Shown here: positions 34,697-44,180 of the stretch, piece after piece
Position numbering within the stretch: the first letter of the stretch is position 1
How the letters are laid out: every line of letters begins with the position of its first letter
Assembly (NCBI GenBank): GCA_045805605.1
Contig: JBJMKX010000074.1
Coordinates: 33,642-97,641, forward strand
Direction: 5' to 3'
Source of the DNA: Solirubrobacteraceae bacterium
Lineage (GTDB): Bacteria > Actinomycetota > Thermoleophilia > Solirubrobacterales > Solirubrobacteraceae
DNA length: 64,000 nt
Made by a program: the position numbers and the translations under genes
Notes under the pieces: generated by a model
The model's input: the letters and a program-made list of their open reading frames with translations, nothing else
What the model was told of the DNA's origin: nothing
Database searches by the model: none

Positions 34697-36526
34697 CTAA
34701 CCGCGGCCCCCGACGCCTCCGCCGCCAGCTTCCCGCTCTTTGCGCTCGATGACGACGACCTTGGTTGCGACGTCTGGATCGGCCTTCCAGACGTCGGTGG
34801 CGTCCGCACCGCTCGCAGCGCCACACCGCACGCGCAGCTCGCGCAGCCCCTCCGCCACGGGGCCACCCGCGGCGTGGATGCGCTCGGCTCTGCGACCGTC
34901 GTGCTCGAGCTCGGCGTCGACCGCGAGCGGGCGGCCGCTCGCCACCACGGCCCATCGGCCCGGCAGCAGCTCGACCACCGTCCGCCGGCGCAGCGCGCCG
35001 GACCGCACGGCCCCGACCACGGTCACCGCCCCAAGCACCGCCATCGTCAGCGCCGCCCCGCGCGAGGCCCAGTCATCCCACACGAACAGGCCGACGACCA
35101 CCAGCGCGGCCAGAGATGCCGCGACAAGCGCCCAGGCCAGGCCCGGCCACCCGACCCACGGCCACACCCGCGGGGGCACGAGCTCGCCCCGCCGGCGAGC
35201 CGCCATCACGATGAGCATGGGGATCGCGATGCCCACGAGCACGTTGGTCACCACGCCCGCGATGGTGAGCACGCTCGAGAACGAGGCGTCGCCGAGGTCG
35301 AGCGTGGCCTCGGCGACCGCGAAGATCAGCAGCACCGGCACAAGAGCCAGGACCGTGCGCCAGCGCCCCGACCAGCGGGTCAGGCGCTCGAGCGTCAGCG
35401 CGTGCACGGCGATCGACGCGCGGTTGATGCTGATCCCGAGCAGCAGCACCGACGCGAGGCCGCCGAGCACGCCCATCGCCGGGCCCACCTGATCGGCGAG
35501 CGGCCCGACGGCGGTGCCCTTGGTCCCGGCCAGGTCGGCGGCCGGGACCGCGGCCGAGACCCCCACCAGCCAGAACCCGACGATGACGGTGACGATCACC
35601 GTGCCCACGAACGCGCCCGCGGCCAGCGTCGAGGCATCGGGATCGCGCTCGGCCGCCTGGCGCTGGATGCCGACGAGGTAGACCGAGCCGATGTACTGCA
35701 TCAGGATCACGCCGAGCGCCGCCCCCACCGTCTTGTCGAGGGCCTCCACGCCGTCGCCGAGCGGCACGTCGGCATGTGATAGGTCGCCGGGCCCATCGTG
35801 CAGGAGGGCGACAATGGCGACGAGCACGACGAGCACGGTCGTCAGCACGCCGACGAGCGCGACCGTGGCGAGCGCGAGCTTGGACCCGCGCGCGAGCATG
35901 AGGATCACGGCCGCAAGGATCACGCCGGCCCAGAGCCCGCGCGGCGTGTGCGTGACCTCGGCGACCGTGATCGACAGGCCGATCCATCCCGCGAGCAGGC
36001 TCAGGCCGCTGCGGAAGCCCCCGGTGGTGGTGAACACCACCGACGCACGGTTGCCGATCAGGGCGGTGGCCATCCCGCCGAGAAAGGCGTGCCGGTAGCG
36101 CACGCCGCCGCTGCGCGCGATGCCCTCCCCCAGCCCGGCCATGGCGATCGACATCACGAGCCCGACCAGCGCGAGCAGCGCGAGCGCCGGCAGGGGGCCC
36201 ATCGCGGTGGCAGCGACCGGCAGCCCGAGCATGCTGACGGGCAGGCTCACGGTCACCGTCATGACGACGGTCAGCCAGAACGGCGGCAGGCGGTCAAGGG
36301 AGGTGACCAGCCCGTGCGCCGCCCAACGCAGCCGGTCGCCGACAGGGACCCGGGCGGCGAACACCTCGTCGAGCGGGGCGCCGAACTGCGCGGCATAGGC
36401 GCCGCGGACGGCGTCGTCGTCGAGGCCGAGCGCAGAGCGGATCCGCGGGACCCGGTCGCGCACGAGCCGGTGCCGGCCGGCGAGGGCATGCGCGAGCTGT
36501 GCCCGCGCGGCGGGCTCGTCGGGCAC
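34697..36526 (-). CDS. polytopic membrane protein, putative transporter, with soluble N- and C-terminal extensions
   Basis: 609 aa with about 11-12 hydrophobic helices between residues ~85 and ~500. GTG start. It ends 9 nt before the coiled-coil/SCP2 gene. Family not recognised. Confidence 0.7.
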   Translation of the reverse strand: MPDEPAARAQLAHALAGRHRLVRDRVPRIRSALGLDDDAVRGAYAAQFGAPLDEVFAARVPVGDRLRWAAHGLVTSLDRLPPFWLTVVMTVTVSLPVSMLGLPVAATAMGPLPALALLALVGLVMSIAMAGLGEGIARSGGVRYRHAFLGGMATALIGNRASVVFTTTGGFRSGLSLLAGWIGLSITVAEVTHTPRGLWAGVILAAVILMLARGSKLALATVALVGVLTTVLVVLVAIVALLHDGPGDLSHADVPLGDGVEALDKTVGAALGVILMQYIGSVYLVGIQRQAAERDPDASTLAAGAFVGTVIVTVIVGFWLVGVSAAVPAADLAGTKGTAVGPLADQVGPAMGVLGGLASVLLLGISINRASIAVHALTLERLTRWSGRWRTVLALVPVLLIFAVAEATLDLGDASFSSVLTIAGVVTNVLVGIAIPMLIVMAARRRGELVPPRVWPWVGWPGLAWALVAASLAALVVVGLFVWDDWASRGAALTMAVLGAVTVVGAVRSGALRRRTVVELLPGRWAVVASGRPLAVDAELEHDGRRAERIHAAGGPVAEGLRELRVRCGAASGADATDVWKADPDVATKVVVIERKEREAGGGGVGGRG

Positions 36527-36818
36527 CAGCGGCGCCCAGTCGCTCGCGTAGCGCTCGACGTCGTGGGCCCGCGGGGGACGCGGCGGGGCGTGCCCGGCGG
36601 CGAACGCCTCTACATAGGCCCGGTCGCGCTGCTGTGGACCGGCGTGGGAATGGAAGTCGAGCCCGTGCTCGCGAGCGCGTGCGGCCAGCCTGGCGGCGCG
36701 GTGCTCGATCTCTTCGAGGGGGCGCGATGCGGACAGCGCCCGAAACCGTATTCGTCAAGCGCGACGTCGTGTCCGTGCGCAGTCCTGGTCCGTCCGCGCC
36801 GGCGGCCACCCTTGCCGC

Positions 36819-37577
36819 GTGCACGCCCGCCGCCGCCGCCTGTGGTTCCGAGCACTGGGCGCGGGCGCGCTGCTGCTGATCGTCGCCGCCAGCGTCACCG
36901 ACGTCACCATCACCCACTTCTGGGACCGCAACTCGATGCTGACCGGCGTCATCGCGGACGTGCTCGTGCTGCTCGTCGGCGTGGCGGTGATCAACGAATG
37001 GCTCGACATCCGCGCCACCGAGCGCTGGCGCACGGTCGCGCGCTACGCGCTCGTCGAGCTGGTCTACGCCTCGCGCAGCACGTGGGTGCGGCTGTGCCAT
37101 GCGCTCGACCTCCACGACGGGCGCGACGCGACGGTGGACGAGCTGGCCGAGCGGGTGAAGGCGCCCGGCGGCGCGGATGTGCTGCAGGCGCGTGCGGCCC
37201 AGCTGCTCGCCGACCCGGTGCGCCGGGGGCAGCTGCGGGCGCTGGTGACCGAGCTGAGCGACCAGACGCGCGACACGGTGACGAGCTGGGCTCCGGTGAT
37301 GATCACCACGGGTCCCTCGGCCGACGCGATCAACCGGTTCACGCGGTTGCACGGTCGGCTCATGCGCCTGCGCTTCGTGCTCGAGAAGACGATCGAGGGC
37401 CATCGCATCCCCTACACCGAGATCGACGACGACGAATGGGCGGCGCGGCGCGTGGCGACGCTGGTGCGGATGGGCGCCCAGCTGGCGGCCCGCTTCCACG
37501 ACGAGGCCTACGAGCTGATGGCCCCCGAGGAGTGGGGTGACGAGCCGGCGTTCGTGGAAGGATTAGGCGACGCGTAA
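36819..37577 (+). CDS. hypothetical membrane-anchored protein
   Basis: 252 aa. Two N-terminal TM helices ([29 protein letters not shown]) precede a helical soluble domain. Good codon bias. Confidence 0.6.
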   Translation: MHARRRRLWFRALGAGALLLIVAASVTDVTITHFWDRNSMLTGVIADVLVLLVGVAVINEWLDIRATERWRTVARYALVELVYASRSTWVRLCHALDLHDGRDATVDELAERVKAPGGADVLQARAAQLLADPVRRGQLRALVTELSDQTRDTVTSWAPVMITTGPSADAINRFTRLHGRLMRLRFVLEKTIEGHRIPYTEIDDDEWAARRVATLVRMGAQLAARFHDEAYELMAPEEWGDEPAFVEGLGDA

Positions 37578-37600
37578 GGGTTCGGCGCTACGGTTCACCC

Positions 37601-38005
37601 ATGACCACAAAGGTGACCAAGAGCGACGCCGAGTGGCGTGAGGAGCTGACCCCGGAGCAGTACGAGGTGCTGCGCCAGAAGGGCACCGAGCGCCCGTTCA
37701 CCGGCGTCTACAACGATTGCAAGGAGCCGGGCGTGTACCGCTGCGCCGCCTGCGGCGCCGAGCTGTTCCGCTCGGACGACAAGTTTGACTCGGGCACCGG
37801 GTGGCCGAGCTTCACCCGCCCGGCGACCGATGACAACGTCGACGCCGCCGAGGACCGCAGCTTCTTCATGCGCCGCACCGAGGTGCTGTGCTCGACTTGC
37901 GGCGGCCACCTGGGCCACGTGTTCGACGACGGCCCCCAGCCGACCGGCATGCGGTACTGCATCAACTCGGCCGCGCTGAAGCTGGATCCCGAGAGCGGCG
38001 ACTAG
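37601..38005 (+). CDS. msrB: peptide-methionine (R)-S-oxide reductase
   Basis: [38 protein letters not shown]. Confidence 0.95.
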   Translation: MTTKVTKSDAEWREELTPEQYEVLRQKGTERPFTGVYNDCKEPGVYRCAACGAELFRSDDKFDSGTGWPSFTRPATDDNVDAAEDRSFFMRRTEVLCSTCGGHLGHVFDDGPQPTGMRYCINSAALKLDPESGD

Positions 38006-38814
38006 CCGCCCTTCCAGGCCCCGGGGCGCGTCATCGCGTGCGCCCCGCAGCGGGCGCCGAACGCCACCGCGTCGTCGATCGACATCGCACGGCCGAGCGC
38101 GAACGTGGTGCCCGCCGCGAAGCAGTCGCCGGCGCCGTACGAGTCCGCCCGCTGGCCGGGCACCTCGGCCGGCTCGAACGTGTCCGTCCGCCCCTCCCCG
38201 CCGGTCCAATGGCCGCCCTTCGCCCCCTCGGTCCAGACGACGTAGCGAGGCGGGGGGTCGAGGTCGCCGGCCGCGTAGCGCTCGCCGGGGTCGTTGGCCG
38301 AGAGGATGAGCGCGTCGAGGGCGACGCCGCTGCGGCGCAGCGCCGGGCCCGCGCGCGGCGTGGCGGCCAGCACGTTGGCGGCGCGGGCGCGGCGCACGGC
38401 CTCGGGGTCGGCGCCGGTCACGTAGACCGCGTCGGCGCCCTCGAGCTCGTGCCAGGGCAGGTCGTCGGCGCCGGCCGGCACGAGCCGCTCGCCGATCACC
38501 GTGATCGTGCGCTCGGCGCCGGCGTCCAGGTAGGTGAACGCCTGGCGCTGGGGCTCGTCGCGCCAGGCGGCGTGGACGTCGAGCCCGAGCGCGCGCAGCT
38601 CCTCGAAGGCGCGGTGCCCGCGCTCGTCGTCGCCGAGCGCGGTGAAGAAGGCGGCGCCGCCGGCCAGGCGCGCGAGCTGGACGGCCGCCATCGTGCCGCC
38701 GCCGCCCGGCTCCTCCCAGCTGGCGGTGGCGTGGACGATCTCGCCCGGCTGCGGCACGTGGTCGACCCGGGCGAACTGCAGCCACTCGACGTGGCCGACG
38801 CACGCGACCCTCAA
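38002..38814 (-). CDS. PfkB family carbohydrate/nucleoside kinase
   Basis: ORF 38002..39174 trimmed to TTG 38814 (codon 121; TTGA overlap with the TetR stop). [33 protein letters not shown] (the DxxGAGD motif). Confidence 0.8.
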   Translation of the reverse strand: MRVACVGHVEWLQFARVDHVPQPGEIVHATASWEEPGGGGTMAAVQLARLAGGAAFFTALGDDERGHRAFEELRALGLDVHAAWRDEPQRQAFTYLDAGAERTITVIGERLVPAGADDLPWHELEGADAVYVTGADPEAVRRARAANVLAATPRAGPALRRSGVALDALILSANDPGERYAAGDLDPPPRYVVWTEGAKGGHWTGGEGRTDTFEPAEVPGQRADSYGAGDCFAAGTTFALGRAMSIDDAVAFGARCGAHAMTRPGAWKGG

Positions 38815-39395
38815 TGCGGGCGCAGACCGTCGAGGATCACGCGCAGCATGCCCTCGCGCGCGGATGGGCCGTGGGTGGCGATGACCGCGGCCATGCCGCA
38901 GAAGATGTTGCCGACATCGGTGTAGTCGAAGTCCTGCCGGATCGCGCCCGCCTCTTTGGCGCGGTTGACGACCGCCATCGTGAGCTCGTGCAGCTCGGGC
39001 ATCTCGTCGGGGCCCATCCCGCCCGGCATGGCGCCGAGGACCTGACTCCAGCCCAGGTCCTCGACCTGCATCGCGGTGCCCTCCTCGAAGAGCTGCACGA
39101 TTGCGCCCCAGGGGTCGGGGTTGCCGAGCGCGCGGCGGGTGAGCTCTACGATGCGCTGTCGCTTCTCCTCCCACAGCGCGTCGTGCAGCGCCTGCTTGGT
39201 GGGGAAGTTGCGGTAGATCGTGCCGACGCCGACTCCGGCCGCGCGCGCGATGTCCTCCATCTGGACGTCGAGCCCGCGGTCGGCGAGCTGGCTGGCCGCC
39301 GCGGCGAGGATACGCCCGCGGTTGCGCCGAGCGTCCGCGCGACGGGGCTTCTGCGGGCCCGTCCCTGCCGGAGATGGTTTAGTTGGGCTTGACAA
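38811..39395 (-). CDS. TetR/AcrR family transcriptional regulator
   Basis: RNRGRILAAAASQLADRGLDVQMEDIARAAGVGVGTIYRNFPTKQAL. TTG start at 39395. Confidence 0.9.
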   Translation of the reverse strand: MSSPTKPSPAGTGPQKPRRADARRNRGRILAAAASQLADRGLDVQMEDIARAAGVGVGTIYRNFPTKQALHDALWEEKRQRIVELTRRALGNPDPWGAIVQLFEEGTAMQVEDLGWSQVLGAMPGGMGPDEMPELHELTMAVVNRAKEAGAIRQDFDYTDVGNIFCGMAAVIATHGPSAREGMLRVILDGLRPH

Positions 39396-39445
39396 GCGGA
39401 ATCCTTATTCCGTATCATCCTGACCGGAACCGGAACTCAGGTTCC
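39389..39445 (+). promoter_or_regulatory. sigma-70-type promoter for the MFS gene with two palindromic operator candidates
   Basis: -35 TTGACA (39389..39394), an 18-nt spacer, then -10 TATCAT (39413..39418). The spacer is filled by the perfect palindrome CGGAAT-CCTT-ATTCCG (39397..39412). A second palindrome GGAAC-TCAG-GTTCC (39432..39445) has a related half-site. The patch is locally AT-rich. Confidence 0.6.
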
Positions 39446-39483
39446 AATTGTACCTGACAGCACGAGTCTTGCAAGGAGCACCG

Positions 39484-40944
39484 ATGGACACCAGCAGTGC
39501 CCGCGACCGTCGTTGGATCGCCCTCGTCCTGCTGTGCATGGCGCAGTTCGTGGTCGTTTTAGACGCGGCGATCGTCAACGTCGCTTTGCCGTCGATTCAG
39601 CGCGACCTCCACTTCAGCCAGCAGGACCTGCAATGGGTGGTCAACGCCTACGTGCTGACCTTCGGCGGGTTCCTGCTCCTCGGCGGTCGTGCCGCCGACC
39701 TCCTGGGGCGCCGGCGCGTGTTCATCGTCGGCCTCGTGCTGTTCTCGCTCGCTTCGCTGGCCGGCGGGTTCGCCACCAGCGAGGGCGTGCTGATTGGCGC
39801 GCGTGCAGTGCAGGGCCTGGGCGCCGCAATCCTGTCCCCCGCAGCGCTTTCGATCGTGGTGACCATGTTCGCCGAGGGCGCCGAGCGCAACAAGGCGCTG
39901 GGGGCCTGGGGTGCCGTCGCCGGTTCGGGCGGCGCCGCGGGCGTGCTGCTCGGCGGCGTGCTCACCGAGGCCCTCGGGTGGCAGTGGGTGCTGTTCGTCA
40001 ACGTGCCGATCGGGATCATCGCGGCCATCCTCGCCCCCGTGCTGCTCGCCGAGAGCCGCCGCGAGGGCGCCGAGCGCAACTACGACGTCGCGGGTGCGAT
40101 CACCAGCACCGCCGGCCTGGTCGTGCTCGTCTACGCGGTGGTCAAGGCGGTCGACAACGGCTGGGGCTCGGCGAGTACGCTCAGCCTCCTCGGGGTCTCC
40201 GCCGTGCTGCTGCTCGCGTTCACGGTCATCGAGAGCCGCGCGCGCCAGCCGCTGGTCCCGTTCCGGGTCTTCCGGATCGGCTCGGTCGCGGGCGCCAACC
40301 TGACCGGCATCCTCATGGGCGCGGCGCTGTTCTCGATGTTCTTCTTCATCTCGCTGTACATGCAGCAGATCCTCGGGTTCGGCGCGCTCGAGGCCGGACT
40401 CGCCTACCTGCCGCTGGCGGGCTCGATCATCGTCGCCGCAGGCGTCGCCTCGCAGCTGGTCACCCGGCTCGGCGCCCAGCGCGTCCTCGTCGGCGGACTG
40501 GTCCTGGTCTTCGCCGGCCTGGTGTGGTTCTCACAGGTCTCGGTCGGGGGCAGCTACGTCGCCGACGTGCTCTTCCCCTCGCTGCTGGCCGGCTGGGGGC
40601 TCGGGTTCGCCTTCGTCCCGGTGACGATCGCCTCGCAGGCCGGCATCAGCCAATCGGACGCCGGGCTGGCGAGCGGCCTGATCAACACCGCCCAGCAGGT
40701 CGGTGGCGCGCTCGGCCTGGCCGTGCTGGCGACGGTCGCCAACTCGGCTACAGACTCCGCGATGGAGTCGGCGCACGGCGCCCGCTCGGCGTTGCCGCAG
40801 GCGCTGACCGACGGCTTCGGGGACGCGTTCATGGTGGGCGCGGGCATCGCCCTGGCCGCGGTGATCGTGGCGGCGCTGACGATCAAGGGCGCCGCCGCGC
40901 GGCCGCAGCGCGCCGAGGGCGAGCTCGCCACGGAGGCTGCCTAA
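39484..40944 (+). CDS. MFS transporter, DHA2 (EmrB/QacA, 14-TMS) family
   Basis: ORF 39448..40944 trimmed to ATG 39484, preceded by AAGGAG. FVVVLDAAIVNVALPSIQRDL, GRAADLLGRRRVF. Confidence 0.9.
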   Translation: MDTSSARDRRWIALVLLCMAQFVVVLDAAIVNVALPSIQRDLHFSQQDLQWVVNAYVLTFGGFLLLGGRAADLLGRRRVFIVGLVLFSLASLAGGFATSEGVLIGARAVQGLGAAILSPAALSIVVTMFAEGAERNKALGAWGAVAGSGGAAGVLLGGVLTEALGWQWVLFVNVPIGIIAAILAPVLLAESRREGAERNYDVAGAITSTAGLVVLVYAVVKAVDNGWGSASTLSLLGVSAVLLLAFTVIESRARQPLVPFRVFRIGSVAGANLTGILMGAALFSMFFFISLYMQQILGFGALEAGLAYLPLAGSIIVAAGVASQLVTRLGAQRVLVGGLVLVFAGLVWFSQVSVGGSYVADVLFPSLLAGWGLGFAFVPVTIASQAGISQSDAGLASGLINTAQQVGGALGLAVLATVANSATDSAMESAHGARSALPQALTDGFGDAFMVGAGIALAAVIVAALTIKGAAARPQRAEGELATEAA

Positions 40945-41043
40945 GCCATCGCTCGGCGTTCCTGGCTCGTGACGCAGGCGTGAAGCCGTGCACGGCACGG
41001 CGAACGCCGAGGAGCTAGCCAGGAGCGCCGAGAATGGCTTAGG
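40940..41043. terminator. nested inverted repeats between convergent MFS and fprA genes (candidate bidirectional terminator)
   Basis: Outer arms CCTAAGCCAT (40940..40949) and ATGGCTTAGG (41034..41043) contain both stop codons. Middle arms are CTCGGCGTTC (40952..40961) and GAACGCCGAG (41002..41011). The central 12-nt palindrome is GCCGTGCACGGC (40985..40996). Confidence 0.5.
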
Positions 41044-42436
41044 AGCGCGGGGCGAGCTGCTGCTCGGCGACCGCGAGCATGTGCGGGACGCGCACGAGCT
41101 TGACGCGCGGCCGGCCGTGCGGCTCGCCCTGCGCCACCTCGTGACGGTCGATCGCCTGCCAGCCCTGCCACGTCACGAGGCCCGGCACGCGGGAGCGCAG
41201 CCACTCCTCGACGCCCTCGGGGCCGGGGTCGGCGGGCTGGTTGAGGCGGCCGCTCTCGGCGTCCTCGCGCACATGGCCGATGGTCTCGGAGGCGTCCTTC
41301 TTGTTGGTGCCGATGACGCCGCTGGGGCCCCGCTTGATCCAGCCGACGGCGTACTCGCCGGGGATCGGGCTCCCGTTCTCGTCCGTGACCCGGCCACCCT
41401 CGTTGCGGATCAAACCGCGCGCCTCGTCGAAGGGCACGCCGGGCAGTGGCCGGCCGCGGGAGCCGATCGAGCGCAGGACGAGGCCGCATTCGATCGTCTC
41501 CTCCTCGCCGGTGGGCACCGCGCGCAGGCGGCCGGATGCGTCGGGCTCGATCCGGTTGCGGACGACACGCAGGGCGCTGACGCGCGCGTCGCCGGTCTCC
41601 TCGCCGAGCACCTCGAGCGGCGAGCGCAGGAACCGCAGCTCCAGCCGGTGCGTCTTGCCGGCGGGCTCGCGCTCGGCGTATTCGCGCAGGATCTCCACGT
41701 TGCGCCGGGCGGTCTTGTCGCCCTCGGCCTCCAGCCATGCGGCCGAGTGCGGGTCGAGCTCGACCTCGGCCGGGTCGACGATCACGTCGCAGCGCGACAG
41801 CTCGCCGAGCTCGAGCAGCTCGGGGTTGGTGAACGCCGCCTGGGCCGGGCCGCGGCGACCGAGGACGATCACGTGCTCGACGCTGTGGGACATGAAGCCC
41901 TCGATCGCATGGTCGGCGGTGTCGGTGCGCGCGATCTCGTCGGGCTCGAGCACAAGCATGCGCGCGACGTCGAGCGCGACGTTGCCGTTGCCGATCACCA
42001 CCGCCCGGTTCGCCGACAGGTCGAACGCGTGGTCGGCGTACTCGGGGTGGCCGTTGTACCAGGCCACGAACTCGGTGGCGGCGTGCGAGCCGGGACGGTC
42101 CTCGCCGGGGATGCCGAGGCGCCGGTCGTCGCGCGTTCCAACCGCGTAGACGACGGCGTGGTAGCGCTGCAAGAGCTCGTCGCGTTCGACGTCGGAGCCC
42201 AGCTCGACGCCGCCGAAGAAGCGGAACCGCTCGTGCGCCGCGGTCTTCTCGTAGCGCCGTGTAACCGACTTGATCTTCGGATGGTCCGGCGCGACGCCCG
42301 AGCGCACGAGGCCGAACGGCGTCGGCAGCGCGTCGTAGAGGTCGACGTCGAAGCCGGCCTTGAGCAGGTCCTCGCAGGCGTAGAAGCCGGCCGGGCCGGC
42401 GCCGATGACCGCCGCGCATCGCGTCTGCGTACTCAT
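41039..42436 (-). CDS. fprA: ferredoxin--NADP(+) reductase, FprA / adrenodoxin-reductase type
   Basis: Last 465 codons of ORF 41039..43315 from ATG 42436. AVIGAGPAGFYA, LPTPFGLVRSGVAPDHPKIKS, RFRFFGGVELG, VVIGNGNVALDVARM, GWIKRGPSGVIGTNK. Confidence 0.9.
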   Translation of the reverse strand: MSTQTRCAAVIGAGPAGFYACEDLLKAGFDVDLYDALPTPFGLVRSGVAPDHPKIKSVTRRYEKTAAHERFRFFGGVELGSDVERDELLQRYHAVVYAVGTRDDRRLGIPGEDRPGSHAATEFVAWYNGHPEYADHAFDLSANRAVVIGNGNVALDVARMLVLEPDEIARTDTADHAIEGFMSHSVEHVIVLGRRGPAQAAFTNPELLELGELSRCDVIVDPAEVELDPHSAAWLEAEGDKTARRNVEILREYAEREPAGKTHRLELRFLRSPLEVLGEETGDARVSALRVVRNRIEPDASGRLRAVPTGEEETIECGLVLRSIGSRGRPLPGVPFDEARGLIRNEGGRVTDENGSPIPGEYAVGWIKRGPSGVIGTNKKDASETIGHVREDAESGRLNQPADPGPEGVEEWLRSRVPGLVTWQGWQAIDRHEVAQGEPHGRPRVKLVRVPHMLAVAEQQLAPRS

Positions 42437-42546
42437 GGCGCCGCCCACGGTAGCGGCGCGGGCGGGCCCGGCAGGGGGCTCGGCCTGCCGCTTGAAGACC
42501 AGGAAGTGGCCGTCCTTTCTCGTGCTGGAGGGCGACGTCGAGGAAG

Positions 42547-43383
42547 TCAGGAACCGGTCGAGGCTGGCGCGTGCGCTTGCGCGCTGCCGCTCACACCGGC
42601 GAGGAACTCGAGCACCAAGGCGTTGAACTCCTCGGCCCGTTCGACGTTGATGCCGTGCGGGGCGCGGGGCACCACGCTGAGCTTGGCGCCCGGAATGCCC
42701 TGCGCGATCTCCTCCGACTTCCACGCCGGGACGAGCAGGTCGCGCTCGCCCGCGATCACGTGCGTCGGGACCCTCAGCGCGCCCAGGCGGTCGCGGGCGT
42801 CGTGCCGGGCGCCGGCGTCGAGCTGGCGCAGGAAGGCGTCGCGCGGCTGCGGGTATGGGTTGGCGAGCATCATGTTGCGCAGGAACTCGACCGCCTCCTC
42901 GTTCTCGTAGAACTCCTGGGAGACGGTCTGGAGGATGAGCCAATCGATGTGCTCCTCGTCGCTGCGCTGGGCGGCGGCGCGGCCCCACAGGCGCGCGAAC
43001 TCGCGCCCCCAGCGGCCGGCCCAGGCGTAGGTGGCGATCAGGTGCAGCGACTGCACGCGCTCGGGCGCGGCGAGCGCGAGCTCCTGCGCGATGGTGCCAC
43101 CCAGCGACATGCCGAGCAGGTGGAAGCGCTCCAGCCCGAGGCCGTCGGCAAGTGCCAGCGTGTCCTGCGCCAGGTCGGTGACGTCGTACGGCCCCTCGGC
43201 CCGAAACGACTGGCCGACGTCGCGGTTGTCGAAAACGATCGTGCGGTAGCGCGCCCTGAACGCGGGCACCTGCAGCGTCCACGCCAAATGGTCGGCCGAG
43301 AGGCCCATGACGCACAGCAGCGGCTCGCCTTCGCCGTGGATCTCGTAGTAGAGCGCGCGTCCGTTGTTCTCGAAGTGGGGCAT
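42547..43383 (-). CDS. alpha/beta hydrolase
   Basis: ORF 42547..43440 trimmed to ATG 43383 (codon 20). HGEGEPLLCVMGL, nucleophile elbow GMSLGG, VPTHVIAGERD, catalytic His in PRAPHG. Confidence 0.88.
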   Translation of the reverse strand: MPHFENNGRALYYEIHGEGEPLLCVMGLSADHLAWTLQVPAFRARYRTIVFDNRDVGQSFRAEGPYDVTDLAQDTLALADGLGLERFHLLGMSLGGTIAQELALAAPERVQSLHLIATYAWAGRWGREFARLWGRAAAQRSDEEHIDWLILQTVSQEFYENEEAVEFLRNMMLANPYPQPRDAFLRQLDAGARHDARDRLGALRVPTHVIAGERDLLVPAWKSEEIAQGIPGAKLSVVPRAPHGINVERAEEFNALVLEFLAGVSGSAQAHAPASTGS

Positions 43384-43424
43384 GGCGGCCACCCTACAGC
43401 GGCACTTCCGCGCGCCGGGGCCGG

Positions 43425-44180
43425 TCATCCTGGACCGCACGGACGACGTGGCTGTCTTTCGGTCGGATAGTCCGACCGAAGTGCAGGAACGTCGAAGAGC
43501 CGGTGAAGAAAGCCCGCGTGGCCTCCCAATCCGCCGGTGGCGCGTCCGGGTCCCAGGCCAGCATCACGTCGTGGCGTCGGCACGTTGATCCGCTTGAGGT
43601 TGGGTCCGTGCGCGAACCACTGCGCCGAGGCCGCGAGCTGGGCCGACAGCACGTCGGACGGAACGCTCAGCGAGAACTCCGACCAGCGCGTGATCGACGC
43701 GATGTAGGCGTCGGACGCCGCCTGCTCGGCAGGGAGCGGGAACAGCAGCCCGAGCAGCGCGGCCGGGCCGCCGCCCAGGAGCGTCGCCACAGCGTCGGGG
43801 TCCGGCCGCGTCGACCCCGGCCCCCCGCCGGTGGTGGCCGCGAGCACGAGGCGGTCGACGTCGCGCGGGTGGTCGAGGTCGAGCCGCTGGGCGATGAATC
43901 CGCCCATCGACCAGCCGAGAACGTCGGGGTGCTCGAGCTTCAACCTGCGGATGAGCCCGTGGGTGTCGCCGGCCATCGTCCTGACGGTGATCGGCTTGAT
44001 GCCGGCCGACGACCGGCCGGTCCCGCGGTTGTCGAAGACCACGATGCGTCGCCCGCCCCCGATGCGGCCGACGAGCTGCGGCAGCCACGCGTCCATGGTG
44101 CCGCCCAGGCCCATGATCATCACCACCGGCTCTCCGTGCCCGATCGAGCGGTAGGCGAGGCCGACATCGCCGACGCGCAC
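43425..44180 (-). CDS. alpha/beta hydrolase core ORF (apparently frameshifted at both ends; see findings)
   Basis: HGEPVVMIMGLGG, VVFDNRGTGRS, nucleophile elbow GWSMGG. The signal peptide lies in another frame upstream (44325..~44200). The paralog-like C-terminus lies in the third frame downstream (to 43394). Confidence 0.6.
   Translation of the reverse strand: MRVGDVGLAYRSIGHGEPVVMIMGLGGTMDAWLPQLVGRIGGGRRIVVFDNRGTGRSSAGIKPITVRTMAGDTHGLIRRLKLEHPDVLGWSMGGFIAQRLDLDHPRDVDRLVLAATTGGGPGSTRPDPDAVATLLGGGPAALLGLLFPLPAEQAASDAYIASITRWSEFSLSVPSDVLSAQLAASAQWFAHGPNLKRINVPTPRRDAGLGPGRATGGLGGHAGFLHRLFDVPALRSDYPTERQPRRPCGPG

Noticed and set aside
36610-36855. 81-aa minus-strand ORF in the gap upstream of the transporter
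   Set aside because: Its G/R-rich composition ([17 protein letters not shown]) marks it as a shadow frame, and it is out of frame with the coding-like signal described in the findings.
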